From a virus: a stretch of DNA of 38,084 bases. How positions within the stretch are numbered: position 1 is the stretch's first letter; every line of letters begins with the position of its first letter. The stretch lies in the IMG/VR virus record IMGVR_UViG_3300048913_000099; one strand, 5' to 3'. Below the pieces are notes generated by a model. It was not told the origin of the DNA, made no database searches, and saw only the letters and a program-made list of their open reading frames with translations. Positions 1 through 7,542 of the stretch are shown here, in pieces. A program made the translations under genes and the position numbers.

Positions 1-258
1 GACCGAATCGCCAAGGGTGCAGGACGTGAAGCAATGGGGCTGATGCCCGGTGGCCGCTATGTTGGCGACCTGCTCGACATCCTGGACAAGAGCAAGAACG
101 ACCAGTTGAAGGAGCGACTGGCCTACCTGCTTGCGAACCCGGAAGAGGCTCGGCGCGTGCTCAATGCACTGCCGCCGGCTGGTGCATCTGCTGTGCGCGG
201 AGCGCTGGAACAGCTTGCGATGACGACCGGCCGATCTGCCCAGCCGGCGACCGATTAG
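1..258 (+). CDS. 3' end of the large ejection/internal virion protein gene that starts at 36263 (wraps the circular junction; about 650 aa in total)
   Basis: The reading frame open at the window end (..QDRIAKGAGREAMGLMPGGRYVGD..) continues in phase through the 127-nt overlap to TAG at 256-258. Confidence 0.8.
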   Translation, partial: DRIAKGAGREAMGLMPGGRYVGDLLDILDKSKNDQLKERLAYLLANPEEARRVLNALPPAGASAVRGALEQLAMTTGRSAQPATD

Positions 259-413
259 AAGTAGCGTTCCTTGGTCAGGATCTCGCGCCATTTCTTGCTG
301 GGCACGAGGAACTTCACCAGCTTGTTGCCGCCCTTGATGGCCAGAAGCCAGTACAGGTAGGCGAACACCGGCACGAAGACAGCCTTCAGGGCAATGGCGT
401 ATAGCCAGTTCAT
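255..413 (-). CDS. Small hydrophobic membrane protein, 52 aa (MNWLYAIALKAVFVPVFAYLYWLLAIKGGNKLVKFLVPSKKWREILTKERYF), antisense to the late operon
   Basis: Hand-translated; it falls below the ORF-track length cutoff. AAGGA lies 7 nt upstream of the ATG at 413. The peptide has one clear TM segment and a basic tail. It is the only plausible coding content in the 258-517 gap. Confidence 0.5.
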   Translation of the reverse strand: MNWLYAIALKAVFVPVFAYLYWLLAIKGGNKLVKFLVPSKKWREILTKERYF

Positions 414-476
414 CGGGGTCGTCCTTGGATGGATCGCCGAATGCTACCACCGCCGGACCACCGCTGCGTTATCCAC

Positions 477-501
477 AGCCCGCCCTGAGCGGGCTTTTTT
501 A
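477..501 (+). terminator. Rho-independent terminator-like hairpin immediately upstream of the first tail fibre gene
   Basis: A 7-bp stem AGCCCGC/GCGGGCT (477-483 / 489-495) with loop CCTGA is followed by TTTTTTATT. Confidence 0.6.
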
Positions 502-516
502 TTGCCTGGAGCACCC

Positions 517-1302
517 ATGAGCGGACGTTTTTACGACCCGAACCCCACGTATTTCGATCTGCTCAGCAACCAGCCGGTGGCGGGCGGGTTCCTGGCGTTC
601 TTCGAACAGGGCACCAGCACGCCCAAAATGACCTGGTCGGATCAGGGCCTGACCATCCCGAACACGAACCCGGTGCCCCTGGATTCGTCCGGGCGCGCCA
701 ACGTGAACATCTGGCTGAGCGGGGCGTATTCGGTCGTCCTGCGTGACTCGCTGGGCGCCGTGATCTGGACCCGAGACGTGAGCGACGGGGCCGCTGGTGG
801 ACTGACCATCCCGACCCCGCTGCCTTCGGGCCAGTTCCTGACCAACGACGGCTCGATCCTGTCGTGGGGCTCGATCCTTCAGATGCCGGACCCGACCGGC
901 TCGGACGGGTACATCCCGGTCGCGAATGGCGGCACCTACATCCTTCAGGCGCCGACGCCAATCCCGACGCCCAACTACAGCTTCGGGGACAACTTCACCA
1001 AGGTCGGGACCAATCTGGACCAGTGGGGCACTGCCTCGATCCCGGCGAGCGCCGCGCAGATCGCCACCGGCAGCATCACGTTCCCCGTCCCGTACCTCAC
1101 GGTCCCGAACCTGCAGGTCACGATCAACAAGGGCTCCGGCGTCGTCTCGGCGGGCTACATCGGCGATATCGGCGTGTCCGCGGTCAGCACGACCGGCGCC
1201 ACCATCGCATGGGACCTGGGCATCGATGACACCCGGTCGCAGTACAACCTGACCAGCCCGATCCCGATCATGTGGCGTGCGGTGGGCAAGGTCGCCGCCT
1301 GA
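517..1302 (+). CDS. Tail fibre / tail-associated protein (261 aa)
   Basis: GGAG lies upstream of the ATG at 517. The N-terminus MSGRFYDPNPTYFDLLSNQPVAGGFLAFFEQGTSTP..LDSSGRANVNIW resembles the conserved N-terminal anchor domain of phage tail fibres and spikes. The annotated start at 394 lies upstream of the terminator and is unlikely. Confidence 0.7.
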   Translation: MSGRFYDPNPTYFDLLSNQPVAGGFLAFFEQGTSTPKMTWSDQGLTIPNTNPVPLDSSGRANVNIWLSGAYSVVLRDSLGAVIWTRDVSDGAAGGLTIPTPLPSGQFLTNDGSILSWGSILQMPDPTGSDGYIPVANGGTYILQAPTPIPTPNYSFGDNFTKVGTNLDQWGTASIPASAAQIATGSITFPVPYLTVPNLQVTINKGSGVVSAGYIGDIGVSAVSTTGATIAWDLGIDDTRSQYNLTSPIPIMWRAVGKVAA

Positions 1303-2240
1303 TGGCATCCCCGGCTGACGTACCGCGCATTGCGGAGCCAATCGCGGGGAATGGCGGCCATGTGACCCGGGCGTGGCTGGACTTCTTCCTCAAGCTGGCC
1401 TCGGCGCAGACACAACAGGATCTGGCCGAGCTTTACGCCCAACTGGCCGCTCGGGTGGCGCAGCTGGAGGATGGCCAGTCGCTGAGTTTCCAGTTGCTGG
1501 GACAGGGCTCAATCGGTGTCCAGGGCATCCCGCAGCCAGGCGGGGCGGTGATCATCACGCTGCAGAACGACAGCAACGCTCCCGGCAACACGATGTACTA
1601 CGGCACAGGGCCGACGGGTGCGAAGGGTTGGTTTGCGATCTCCAGCGCGATCTCTGGGACAACGAACCAGATCACCAAGACAACGGGAACGGATGGGGTC
1701 GTCGTATTGGCCTTGGCTCCCTCCGTCCTCGTCTCACTCGGGCTGGCCGATACGGCTCTGCAGGATGTAATCGCCGGGACCAACGTCACGATAGACAAGA
1801 CCGACCCGCGGCGGCCGATCATTTCTGCGACGGGCGGCAGTGGCGACAACCCGCTATTCCCGCAGCTTACCGACCAGCTTGGCAACCTGCTGACCGACCA
1901 GCTAGGCCAACCTCTGCGGCAGAACACGCCTGCCGTCCCGTGGTCGTGGCTCTACAACGTGCCCGACTACCAGCCGCTGGACTCTGACCTGGCCGCAATC
2001 GCGGCACTGACAGGCGCTGGCGTCCCCCTCAGAGCGACGGCTGGGACTTGGTCCTTGGCCACCATCAACGCCTTGGCGCCGATGACGCTGGCCGCAGCCA
2101 ACGCGCTGACAGGTGTCGCCGACTTCCAGATGGTGGCAATCACGGACCTGGCAGGCGGTCGCGAGCCCTGCTGGTACGACTCGACCGTAGCAAGCGGCAC
2201 GAAATGGCGCCGCTTCTCTGACCGGAGCATCGCGAACTGA
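1302..2240 (+). CDS. Tail fibre protein (312 aa)
   Basis: The start overlaps the upstream stop (ATGA). It has a short coiled-coil (DLAELYAQLAARVAQLEDG), Gly/Thr-rich beta-type sequence and a tandem LTDQLGN/LTDQLGQ repeat. It sits in the tail block. Confidence 0.6.
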   Translation: MASPADVPRIAEPIAGNGGHVTRAWLDFFLKLASAQTQQDLAELYAQLAARVAQLEDGQSLSFQLLGQGSIGVQGIPQPGGAVIITLQNDSNAPGNTMYYGTGPTGAKGWFAISSAISGTTNQITKTTGTDGVVVLALAPSVLVSLGLADTALQDVIAGTNVTIDKTDPRRPIISATGGSGDNPLFPQLTDQLGNLLTDQLGQPLRQNTPAVPWSWLYNVPDYQPLDSDLAAIAALTGAGVPLRATAGTWSLATINALAPMTLAAANALTGVADFQMVAITDLAGGREPCWYDSTVASGTKWRRFSDRSIAN

Positions 2241-2983
2241 TGGCGCTCGATCCCTCTATCTCCATCATCCGCGGCCTGCAAGCTTCGGTAGGCCTCAACG
2301 GGCTGACGGTCAGCGTGTCCCCGGGCATGTGCTACGTGCCGGGGACTGGCCGGGTACTGAGCGACGGCAGCGCCTCGGTGACGCTAAGCAGCCCGACAGC
2401 CAACACGTTCTACCACCTGTACGCCTACGACATGGGCAGCGGCCTGATGGGGCTGGAAGCGTCCACGACCGGCCCTGATGTTCCGTATCTCGGCACCGCG
2501 CGGTGCAAGACAGGCGACCCGACGCGACGCTACCTGATCAGCGGCCGCACCAACGCCAGCTCCGTTCTGCGCCCTGGCAAGCACACCCGGCCGTCCGAGA
2601 TGGGGAACCGGGTGATGCTGGACGCGGCGACTGCGGCCGGTAGTGTGCCGATCATGCTGCTCTCGGGGCTGGTGGCCACCACGCCGCAGACTGTTGACCT
2701 GTCTGCGGTACTGCCGGTGACGGCCAACCGGGCCATCGTCCAGGTGCTCAACCCGACGAACTTCACCCTTTACACCTCGCGGTCGGACGTGGGCGCCCCT
2801 TCGTCCACGAACTTTCAGTACGCCGCGATCCCCGGCTCCTCCCCGGTCCTCGACATCACGCTCGACGCCAACCGGCAGTTCACGGTTCTGTTGAACGCCT
2901 CTCTTCCCCTCATCGGCCCGATCTTGGGCCTACTCACAGGCTCGGTGTCCATCGCGCTGGTGGGTTACGACTTCGACAGGTAA
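2240..2983 (+). CDS. Tail-associated hypothetical protein (247 aa)
   Basis: The start overlaps the upstream stop (TGATG), GC3 is high, and it lies in the tail gene block. I recognise no motif. Confidence 0.6.
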   Translation: MALDPSISIIRGLQASVGLNGLTVSVSPGMCYVPGTGRVLSDGSASVTLSSPTANTFYHLYAYDMGSGLMGLEASTTGPDVPYLGTARCKTGDPTRRYLISGRTNASSVLRPGKHTRPSEMGNRVMLDAATAAGSVPIMLLSGLVATTPQTVDLSAVLPVTANRAIVQVLNPTNFTLYTSRSDVGAPSSTNFQYAAIPGSSPVLDITLDANRQFTVLLNASLPLIGPILGLLTGSVSIALVGYDFDR

Positions 2984-2988
2984 CGATC

Positions 2989-3429
2989 ATGCCCAAGTAC
3001 GCCACCGATTACACCGCAGCAGCTACCGTTTCTGGAGCCGACCTGTGTCAGATCGTCCAGGGCGGCGTCGACAAGAAAGCGACGTTGGCCCAGATCGCGG
3101 CGCTGGCGACCACGGGAAGCGGCGTCACGATCACCACGAAGACCGCCAGTGCAACGCTGGCGCTGGCTGATGGCGACTGGATCGAGATGGACGTGGCAAC
3201 CGCCAACACCCTCACTGTGCCGCCAAACTCGACCGTGGCGTTCCCGATAGGCGCTGTGCGCAACATCAACCAGCGCGGGGCAGGGCAGACGACGGTGGTA
3301 GCGGGTGCAGGCGTGACGATCCGCACCGACGAGACGCTGAAGCTGCGAAAGCAGTGGGCGACCGCGGTTCTGGTCAAGCGCGCCACCGACGAGTGGGTTC
3401 TAGCCGGCAGCCTGGAGGCTGCGCCGTGA
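2989..3429 (+). CDS. Hypothetical virion/tail protein (146 aa)
   Basis: It is tightly packed after the previous gene, has high GC3 and Ala/Thr/Val-rich beta-type composition. Confidence 0.6.
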   Translation: MPKYATDYTAAATVSGADLCQIVQGGVDKKATLAQIAALATTGSGVTITTKTASATLALADGDWIEMDVATANTLTVPPNSTVAFPIGAVRNINQRGAGQTTVVAGAGVTIRTDETLKLRKQWATAVLVKRATDEWVLAGSLEAAP

Positions 3430-5141
3430 TCCCCGGCGTGGTCGCCGGAGCACGGTTCCGGGGAGCACCTGCGAAAAAGCGCGTGCGCATCACCATCCCT
3501 GCGCAGACGGAGGCCATGTCCGGTTTCCCGGTTTACATTGACCTATCCTTACTGCCTCCGGCGGTCTGGACCGGCATGGCCTACAAAGACGGTCGCGATT
3601 TCAGGGCGAAGACTACGGCCGGGGTCGACATCCCGTTCCATCTGGTCCGTGTGGACCCGGCTGCGAAGGCAGGAGCCATGTTTGTTCGGGCGACTCTGAG
3701 TGCCTCGTCCATCACAGAATTTGACCTTCATTACGGAGATTCGTCGCTTGCCAAGGTGCCCAACAACGCGGCCAACGGTGCCTATGCGGTATGGGCAGAC
3801 TACCAGCGCGTATTCCTGTTCAATTTGGTCGAGACAGACTGGACCGGTGTTGGTTCTGCCGCGGCGCAGTCAAACCGCATCAAGTTGTTCGAACTGGTCA
3901 GCGACAAAACAGGGCTGACTGAGCATCAGGGCGTGTGTTGGGATGGCACTCACTACTACCTGACTGACACGAACGCCATCAACAAATACGACGCTTCGTG
4001 GAACCTGGTTGCGACAAATGCCAACCCGGTTGGCGATGTGGGTAACGGGACGAACCACTGCGGAGACCCCGACGTTCACAACGGCGTGCTTTACGTGCCA
4101 GTCGAGTCCTACACCAGCGTCACGGTGTTCTCGAACCAGCGCATCGCTCGGTTCAACGCGGCGACCCTGGCCTTCATCGACTCGGTCGACGTTTCGGCGC
4201 AGGCCGACGAGATATCGACCATCGCCATCAACGCTGAGCAGAACGCGCTGTGGACAACTAGATATAGCGATAGCGCCACCTTTAAGCTGAATCGATACAA
4301 CCTGAGTACCCTCGCATATGAGAGCTCCAGCAGCGGTAACCCGGGGCCCATGCGTGTTCAGGGCCTAGCCCGTTGGCGTGACATGTGGTTTGCCAATGGG
4401 GATACAGCAGATTTCACATTCCGTATGAGTGAGAACCTGGATACGGCTACGCGCGCATGGACGGATATCCCTGATGGTGCCACGTCCCGCGCTGGGAATT
4501 ACGAAGGGCTGGGGTCCACTGATGACAACCTTTTGGTACTGCGCGACGATGGAACGGGCACGGTCCTGCATACCATTCGGCCGCTCAATACTGAGGCTGG
4601 CGGCGGGTTCGAATCGGTGGTCGTCGGCAGCAACACCGGCTACATGCTCGGCCAGGGGCTTACCAACCAGGCCACCTTCACCATGGGCGCGACGATCATC
4701 GCCAACGCCTTTGCCGCGGCCAACCAGGCGATTCTCTCCTACACCGCAAACACGACGGCGAATACCAACCGCGTGACGCTCGGCTATCGAGGTGCGACGG
4801 GCAAGGTAGGATTGTGGGACACGGGCAATACCTGGCTGGAGTCGACCACGACGCCGGCGGCAGGGGCGAAAACGCGCGTCCACGCAAGGTACGTGGGCAC
4901 GACCTCCAGATCGCTGTTCTACAACGGCGTTCGAGAAGCCCACGCCGCGCCTATCACGACCGCGCCGACCGGCAAGGTCTCCCTGCATATGGGTGTCGAA
5001 GACCAGAGCCTGGCCGAGATGTTCGCGGGACGGATGGGCTTCGTCTACCTGCGAGCCAGCGCCCTATCGGATGCCTGGATCGCGGCCGAGTGCGCCAACC
5101 TGTCCGCTCCCGGCAGCTTCTACGCCGTGAGCACGCCTTGA
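3426..5141 (+). CDS. Putative receptor-binding tail protein: DUF2341-like N-terminus plus a LamG/concanavalin-A-like C-terminal domain (about 571 aa)
   Basis: GTG at 3426 overlaps the upstream stop; ATG at 3516 is an alternative start. The N-terminus (RITIPAQTEAMSGFPVYIDLSLLP) resembles DUF2341. The C-terminus (..TFTMGATIIAN...RVTLGYRG..LFYNGV..MGFVYLRASALSDAWI) resembles LamG/Laminin_G_3. GC looks lower than in the flanking genes. Confidence 0.6.
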   Translation: MIPGVVAGARFRGAPAKKRVRITIPAQTEAMSGFPVYIDLSLLPPAVWTGMAYKDGRDFRAKTTAGVDIPFHLVRVDPAAKAGAMFVRATLSASSITEFDLHYGDSSLAKVPNNAANGAYAVWADYQRVFLFNLVETDWTGVGSAAAQSNRIKLFELVSDKTGLTEHQGVCWDGTHYYLTDTNAINKYDASWNLVATNANPVGDVGNGTNHCGDPDVHNGVLYVPVESYTSVTVFSNQRIARFNAATLAFIDSVDVSAQADEISTIAINAEQNALWTTRYSDSATFKLNRYNLSTLAYESSSSGNPGPMRVQGLARWRDMWFANGDTADFTFRMSENLDTATRAWTDIPDGATSRAGNYEGLGSTDDNLLVLRDDGTGTVLHTIRPLNTEAGGGFESVVVGSNTGYMLGQGLTNQATFTMGATIIANAFAAANQAILSYTANTTANTNRVTLGYRGATGKVGLWDTGNTWLESTTTPAAGAKTRVHARYVGTTSRSLFYNGVREAHAAPITTAPTGKVSLHMGVEDQSLAEMFAGRMGFVYLRASALSDAWIAAECANLSAPGSFYAVSTP

Positions 5142-6092
5142 TCGAGCGAAGCGTTCTACTGTGAAGTAGGACAGGGCCGCGCCAAGGATGGCGCCGCCAC
5201 CGCCGATAGCCAGGCACTCGAATCCGGTCACGTCATGCCCGCGCAGCCAGAGCATGATCGGGTAGTGCCACAGGTAGATGCCGTAGGACAGCTTCCCGAT
5301 CCACACCAGTGGCGCCCACGCGAGCAGGCGGACCTGGTGGGCACCCAGCACCAGCAGCAGCGAACCGACCTCAGCCACGGCCATCCACACGGTCAGGGCG
5401 GTATCGACCTTCGTGTATGCCTGCGACATGGCCAGCAGCAGCAACGCACCGCCGAGAGGGGCGGCCAGCCGCGGGACCTGCGGCTTCCAGAGGCCGGCAG
5501 CAGCGCCGAGCAGCAGACCGGACAGGCGGGTGTCGAACCGGTAGTAGGGCTGTTGCCACGAGTCCACGTTGAACACGACGTGCCAACGCCACAGGGTGGC
5601 GGCCGCGGCGAGCGACAGGACCACCACGGTCCAGTACCTGCGGGGCAGCCTCAGAACCAACAGCAGGGCAACCGGCCAGGCCAGGTAGAAGTGCTCTTCC
5701 ACCGACAGGCTCCAGGTGTGCTGGACCACCCACGGAATCTTCCAGAAGGCGAAGCCGTAATCGGAAAGGTAGGTGGCGGCAACCAGCGCGTCGCGCGCGT
5801 GACCCTGCCGGTTCGGGAAGGCCAATGGCCCGGCGATCAGGTAGACGCCCAGGAACAGCAGCAGTGCCGGATAGAGCCGGCGCAGGCGGCGCAGGTAGAA
5901 GGCGGGGACGTTGATGGTTGCAGTGGCGCTGTGCTGGTCGGCCAGCAGGCGCGTAATCAGGTAGCCCGACAGGACGAAGAAGACGTCGACCCCGAAGAAC
6001 CCGCCGTGGAACCCCTCAATCCGGGCGTGGAACGCCAAGACCAGCAGCACGGCCAAGGCTCTCAGTCCATCGAGTGCAGGGTTGTACCGCAT
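5064..6092 (-). CDS. Acyltransferase family 3 membrane protein (OafA/Oac-like O-antigen or polysaccharide O-acetyltransferase), 342 aa
   Basis: MRYNPALDGLRALAVLLVLAFHARIEGFHGGFFGVDVFFVLSGYLITRLL is the canonical Acyl_transf_3 N-terminus, and the protein is multi-TM. GAGGGGA precedes the ATG at 6092. The 87-aa upstream extension in the ORF track is not supported by GC3. Confidence 0.85.
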   Translation of the reverse strand: MRYNPALDGLRALAVLLVLAFHARIEGFHGGFFGVDVFFVLSGYLITRLLADQHSATATINVPAFYLRRLRRLYPALLLFLGVYLIAGPLAFPNRQGHARDALVAATYLSDYGFAFWKIPWVVQHTWSLSVEEHFYLAWPVALLLVLRLPRRYWTVVVLSLAAAATLWRWHVVFNVDSWQQPYYRFDTRLSGLLLGAAAGLWKPQVPRLAAPLGGALLLLAMSQAYTKVDTALTVWMAVAEVGSLLLVLGAHQVRLLAWAPLVWIGKLSYGIYLWHYPIMLWLRGHDVTGFECLAIGGGGAILGAALSYFTVERFARSRRAHGVEAAGSGQVGALGRDPGIR

Positions 6093-6167
6093 GGCTTCCC
6101 CTCGTTTTCCCCGGCTGGATTGTGCCACGGTCGCAACCCCTGAGACGGTCGGGCGTATCCTGCGGCC

Positions 6168-6350
6168 ATGGACACCCCTGACAAGCCCGAACCGCCAGAC
6201 CGCCCGGACCCCACCAAGCTGAGGCCGGACCACAGCCACCTGCTGGTGCGCGACACCCGGACCCCGGAGGAGCAGCAGGCCGCCTCGCTGAAAGAGTCGG
6301 CGAGGCGCAAGGGTAGGGGGCGGTCGAAGTGGTGGGAGAAGGGGAGCTAG
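6168..6350 (+). CDS. Hypothetical charged, Pro-rich 60-aa protein (uncertain)
   Basis: GC3 is about 90% in this frame and clearly lower in the overlapping minus frames. There is no visible SD and no recognised motif. Confidence 0.3.
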   Translation: MDTPDKPEPPDRPDPTKLRPDHSHLLVRDTRTPEEQQAASLKESARRKGRGRSKWWEKGS

Positions 6351-6383
6351 CAAGTTGCTGTAAAAGCGGCTGACCCTTTACAG

Positions 6384-6418
6384 ATTGGCCTGAAATTTCG
6401 GTGCAGTTTTTGTGCAGT
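6384..6418 (+). repeat. attP left arm: ATTGGCCTG plus GTGCAGTTTTTGTGCAGT (putative integrase arm-type sites)
   Basis: The 18-mer GTGCAGTTTTTGTGCAGT (6401-6418) and the 9-mer ATTGGCCTG (6384-6392) both recur in direct orientation at 6581-6606 on the other side of the tRNA-derived core. Confidence 0.6.
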
Positions 6419-6489
6419 CGCTGCGTCAGAAGTGGTGGTTTTGGTCTACATGCGGCCCATAAGAATTAATAAGTTGCGCCTCTACATGT

Positions 6490-6546
6490 GACTTAAAATC
6501 CGCCGGGGGCAACCCCATGCCGGTTCGATTCCGGCCCCGGGCACCA
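6490..6546 (+). other. attP core: 3' portion of a tRNA-Leu(UAA) gene (anticodon loop, long variable arm, T-arm, 3' acceptor strand, CCA)
   Basis: The segment reads CTTAAAA loop (anticodon TAA at 6494-6496), variable-arm hairpin GGGG-CAA-CCCC, T-arm GCCGG-TTCGATT-CCGGC, acceptor CCCGGGC, A, CCA (6544-6546). No matching 5' acceptor or D-arm lies upstream, so this is a fragment, as expected for a phage att site in a tRNA gene. Confidence 0.75.
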
Positions 6547-6580
6547 AGGGTTTCAGCCTGTTATCCACAGCTGCACAAGA

Positions 6581-6606
6581 ATTGGCCTGTGCAGTTTTTG
6601 TGCAGT
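6581..6606 (+). repeat. attP right arm: second copy of ATTGGCCTG/GTGCAGTTTTTGTGCAGT
   Basis: It is an exact direct repeat of the left-arm motifs. A partial inverted copy, CTGCACAA, lies at 6571-6578. The integrase stop is at 6613. Confidence 0.6.
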
Positions 6607-6612
6607 GAATGC

Positions 6613-7542
6613 TCAGGCCAGCTTCTTGATCGCATCGGCCAAATGGCCCGGCGCGAGGTGAGCATACCGCCTCGTCATCGCCAGCGAACTGTGCCCAAGC
6701 ACCTCCGAAACCGTGTGCAGCGATACCCCGGCCTGCACCAGCCAGGACGCGCAGGTGTGGCGCAGATCATGCCACCGCACGTCCTGCAGCCCGCACGCCT
6801 CGCGCGCCGCCGCCCATGACGACCTGACCTGATCCTCTGAGATCGGCAGGGGCAGCCGCTGAGCGATCCCCAGCACCTTCGGGTGCAGCGGGACAAGCTG
6901 CAGGGAACTCGTCTTGCTCGTCCGGTCCAGCCGGATGAAGCCCTCCTTGACCTCGTGATGGGTCAGGCGCAGCAGGTGCCCACGGCGAATGCCCGTATAG
7001 GCTGCCAAACGCACGTAGTCGCCCGCCAATGGATTCGGGCAAGCCCTCGCCAGTGCCTCGACCTGCTCGGTCGTCAGGAACGTCTCGCGCGGCTTCTCAG
7101 GCAACAGCGCAATCGCCGCTGGCCTTTCCAACCAACCCCATTCCCGCCACGCCATCCGCGTGATCTGCCTCAGAATCCGGCCCTTGTGGTTCACCGTGGC
7201 CGGTGCCTTGCCGATCTCCGCAGCCTTGATCTCGGCCCACACCTTCGCCGTGTCCGTCAGCTTCCTGCCGCGGATATAAGGCATCAGCGCCTTCACGTGC
7301 GAATTGGTCTTTGCCTCCGACCGCAGCCGGGGCAGATGCTCCACCTGGAACTTGTCGATGGCATCCGCTATTGATCGCTCGGGTTGACGACCAGCCGAAG
7401 CTGCGTTGAACGACGCGAGCCACTTCTTTTCGAAGGCTTTGGCCTCAGCGTATGACCAGCTGCGAGACGTCTTTCGATACGTTCTTCCGCCGTGTCCAAC
7501 TGTAACTTGATAGCTTCCGTTGGGGCGCTTGGTGATTGGCAT
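6613..7542 (-). CDS. int: Tyrosine integrase (309 aa from the MPITKRPNGSYQV start)
   Basis: The C-terminal catalytic region WHDLRHTCASWLVQAGVSLHTVSEVLGHSSLAMTRRYAHL gives the R..HxxR..Y signature. The N-terminus KRPNGSYQVTV..YRKT is arm-binding type. The gene is adjacent to attP. ATG at 7566 is an alternative start. Confidence 0.9.
   Translation of the reverse strand: MPITKRPNGSYQVTVGHGGRTYRKTSRSWSYAEAKAFEKKWLASFNAASAGRQPERSIADAIDKFQVEHLPRLRSEAKTNSHVKALMPYIRGRKLTDTAKVWAEIKAAEIGKAPATVNHKGRILRQITRMAWREWGWLERPAAIALLPEKPRETFLTTEQVEALARACPNPLAGDYVRLAAYTGIRRGHLLRLTHHEVKEGFIRLDRTSKTSSLQLVPLHPKVLGIAQRLPLPISEDQVRSSWAAAREACGLQDVRWHDLRHTCASWLVQAGVSLHTVSEVLGHSSLAMTRRYAHLAPGHLADAIKKLA

Noticed and set aside
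394-516. The upstream start (394) for the first tail fibre ORF.
   Set aside because: That start would place the terminator hairpin and the antisense-ORF promoter region inside the coding sequence. ATG at 517 has a GGAG SD and begins the conserved fibre N-terminus.
1867-1912. A tandem repeat of about 21 nt in the tail fibre gene (LTDQLGN/LTDQLGQ).
   Set aside because: There are only two imperfect in-frame copies. This is ordinary for fibre proteins and is not a phase-variation tract.
5235-6143. A 302-aa plus-strand ORF.
   Set aside because: It is fully antisense to the multi-TM acyltransferase gene, and its translation is low-complexity Gln/Pro/Gly/Arg sequence.
6093-6353. An N-terminal 87-aa extension of the acyltransferase ORF (track start at 6353).
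   Set aside because: The canonical Acyl_transf_3 N-terminus (MRYNPALDGLRA) begins at 6092 with a good SD. The extension is Arg/Pro/Leu-rich with poor GC3.
6490-6546. A possible intact tRNA-Leu gene carried by the phage.
   Set aside because: Only the 3' part is present (from the anticodon stem onwards). The sequence upstream cannot form the 5' acceptor strand or the D-arm. I interpret it as the attP core instead.
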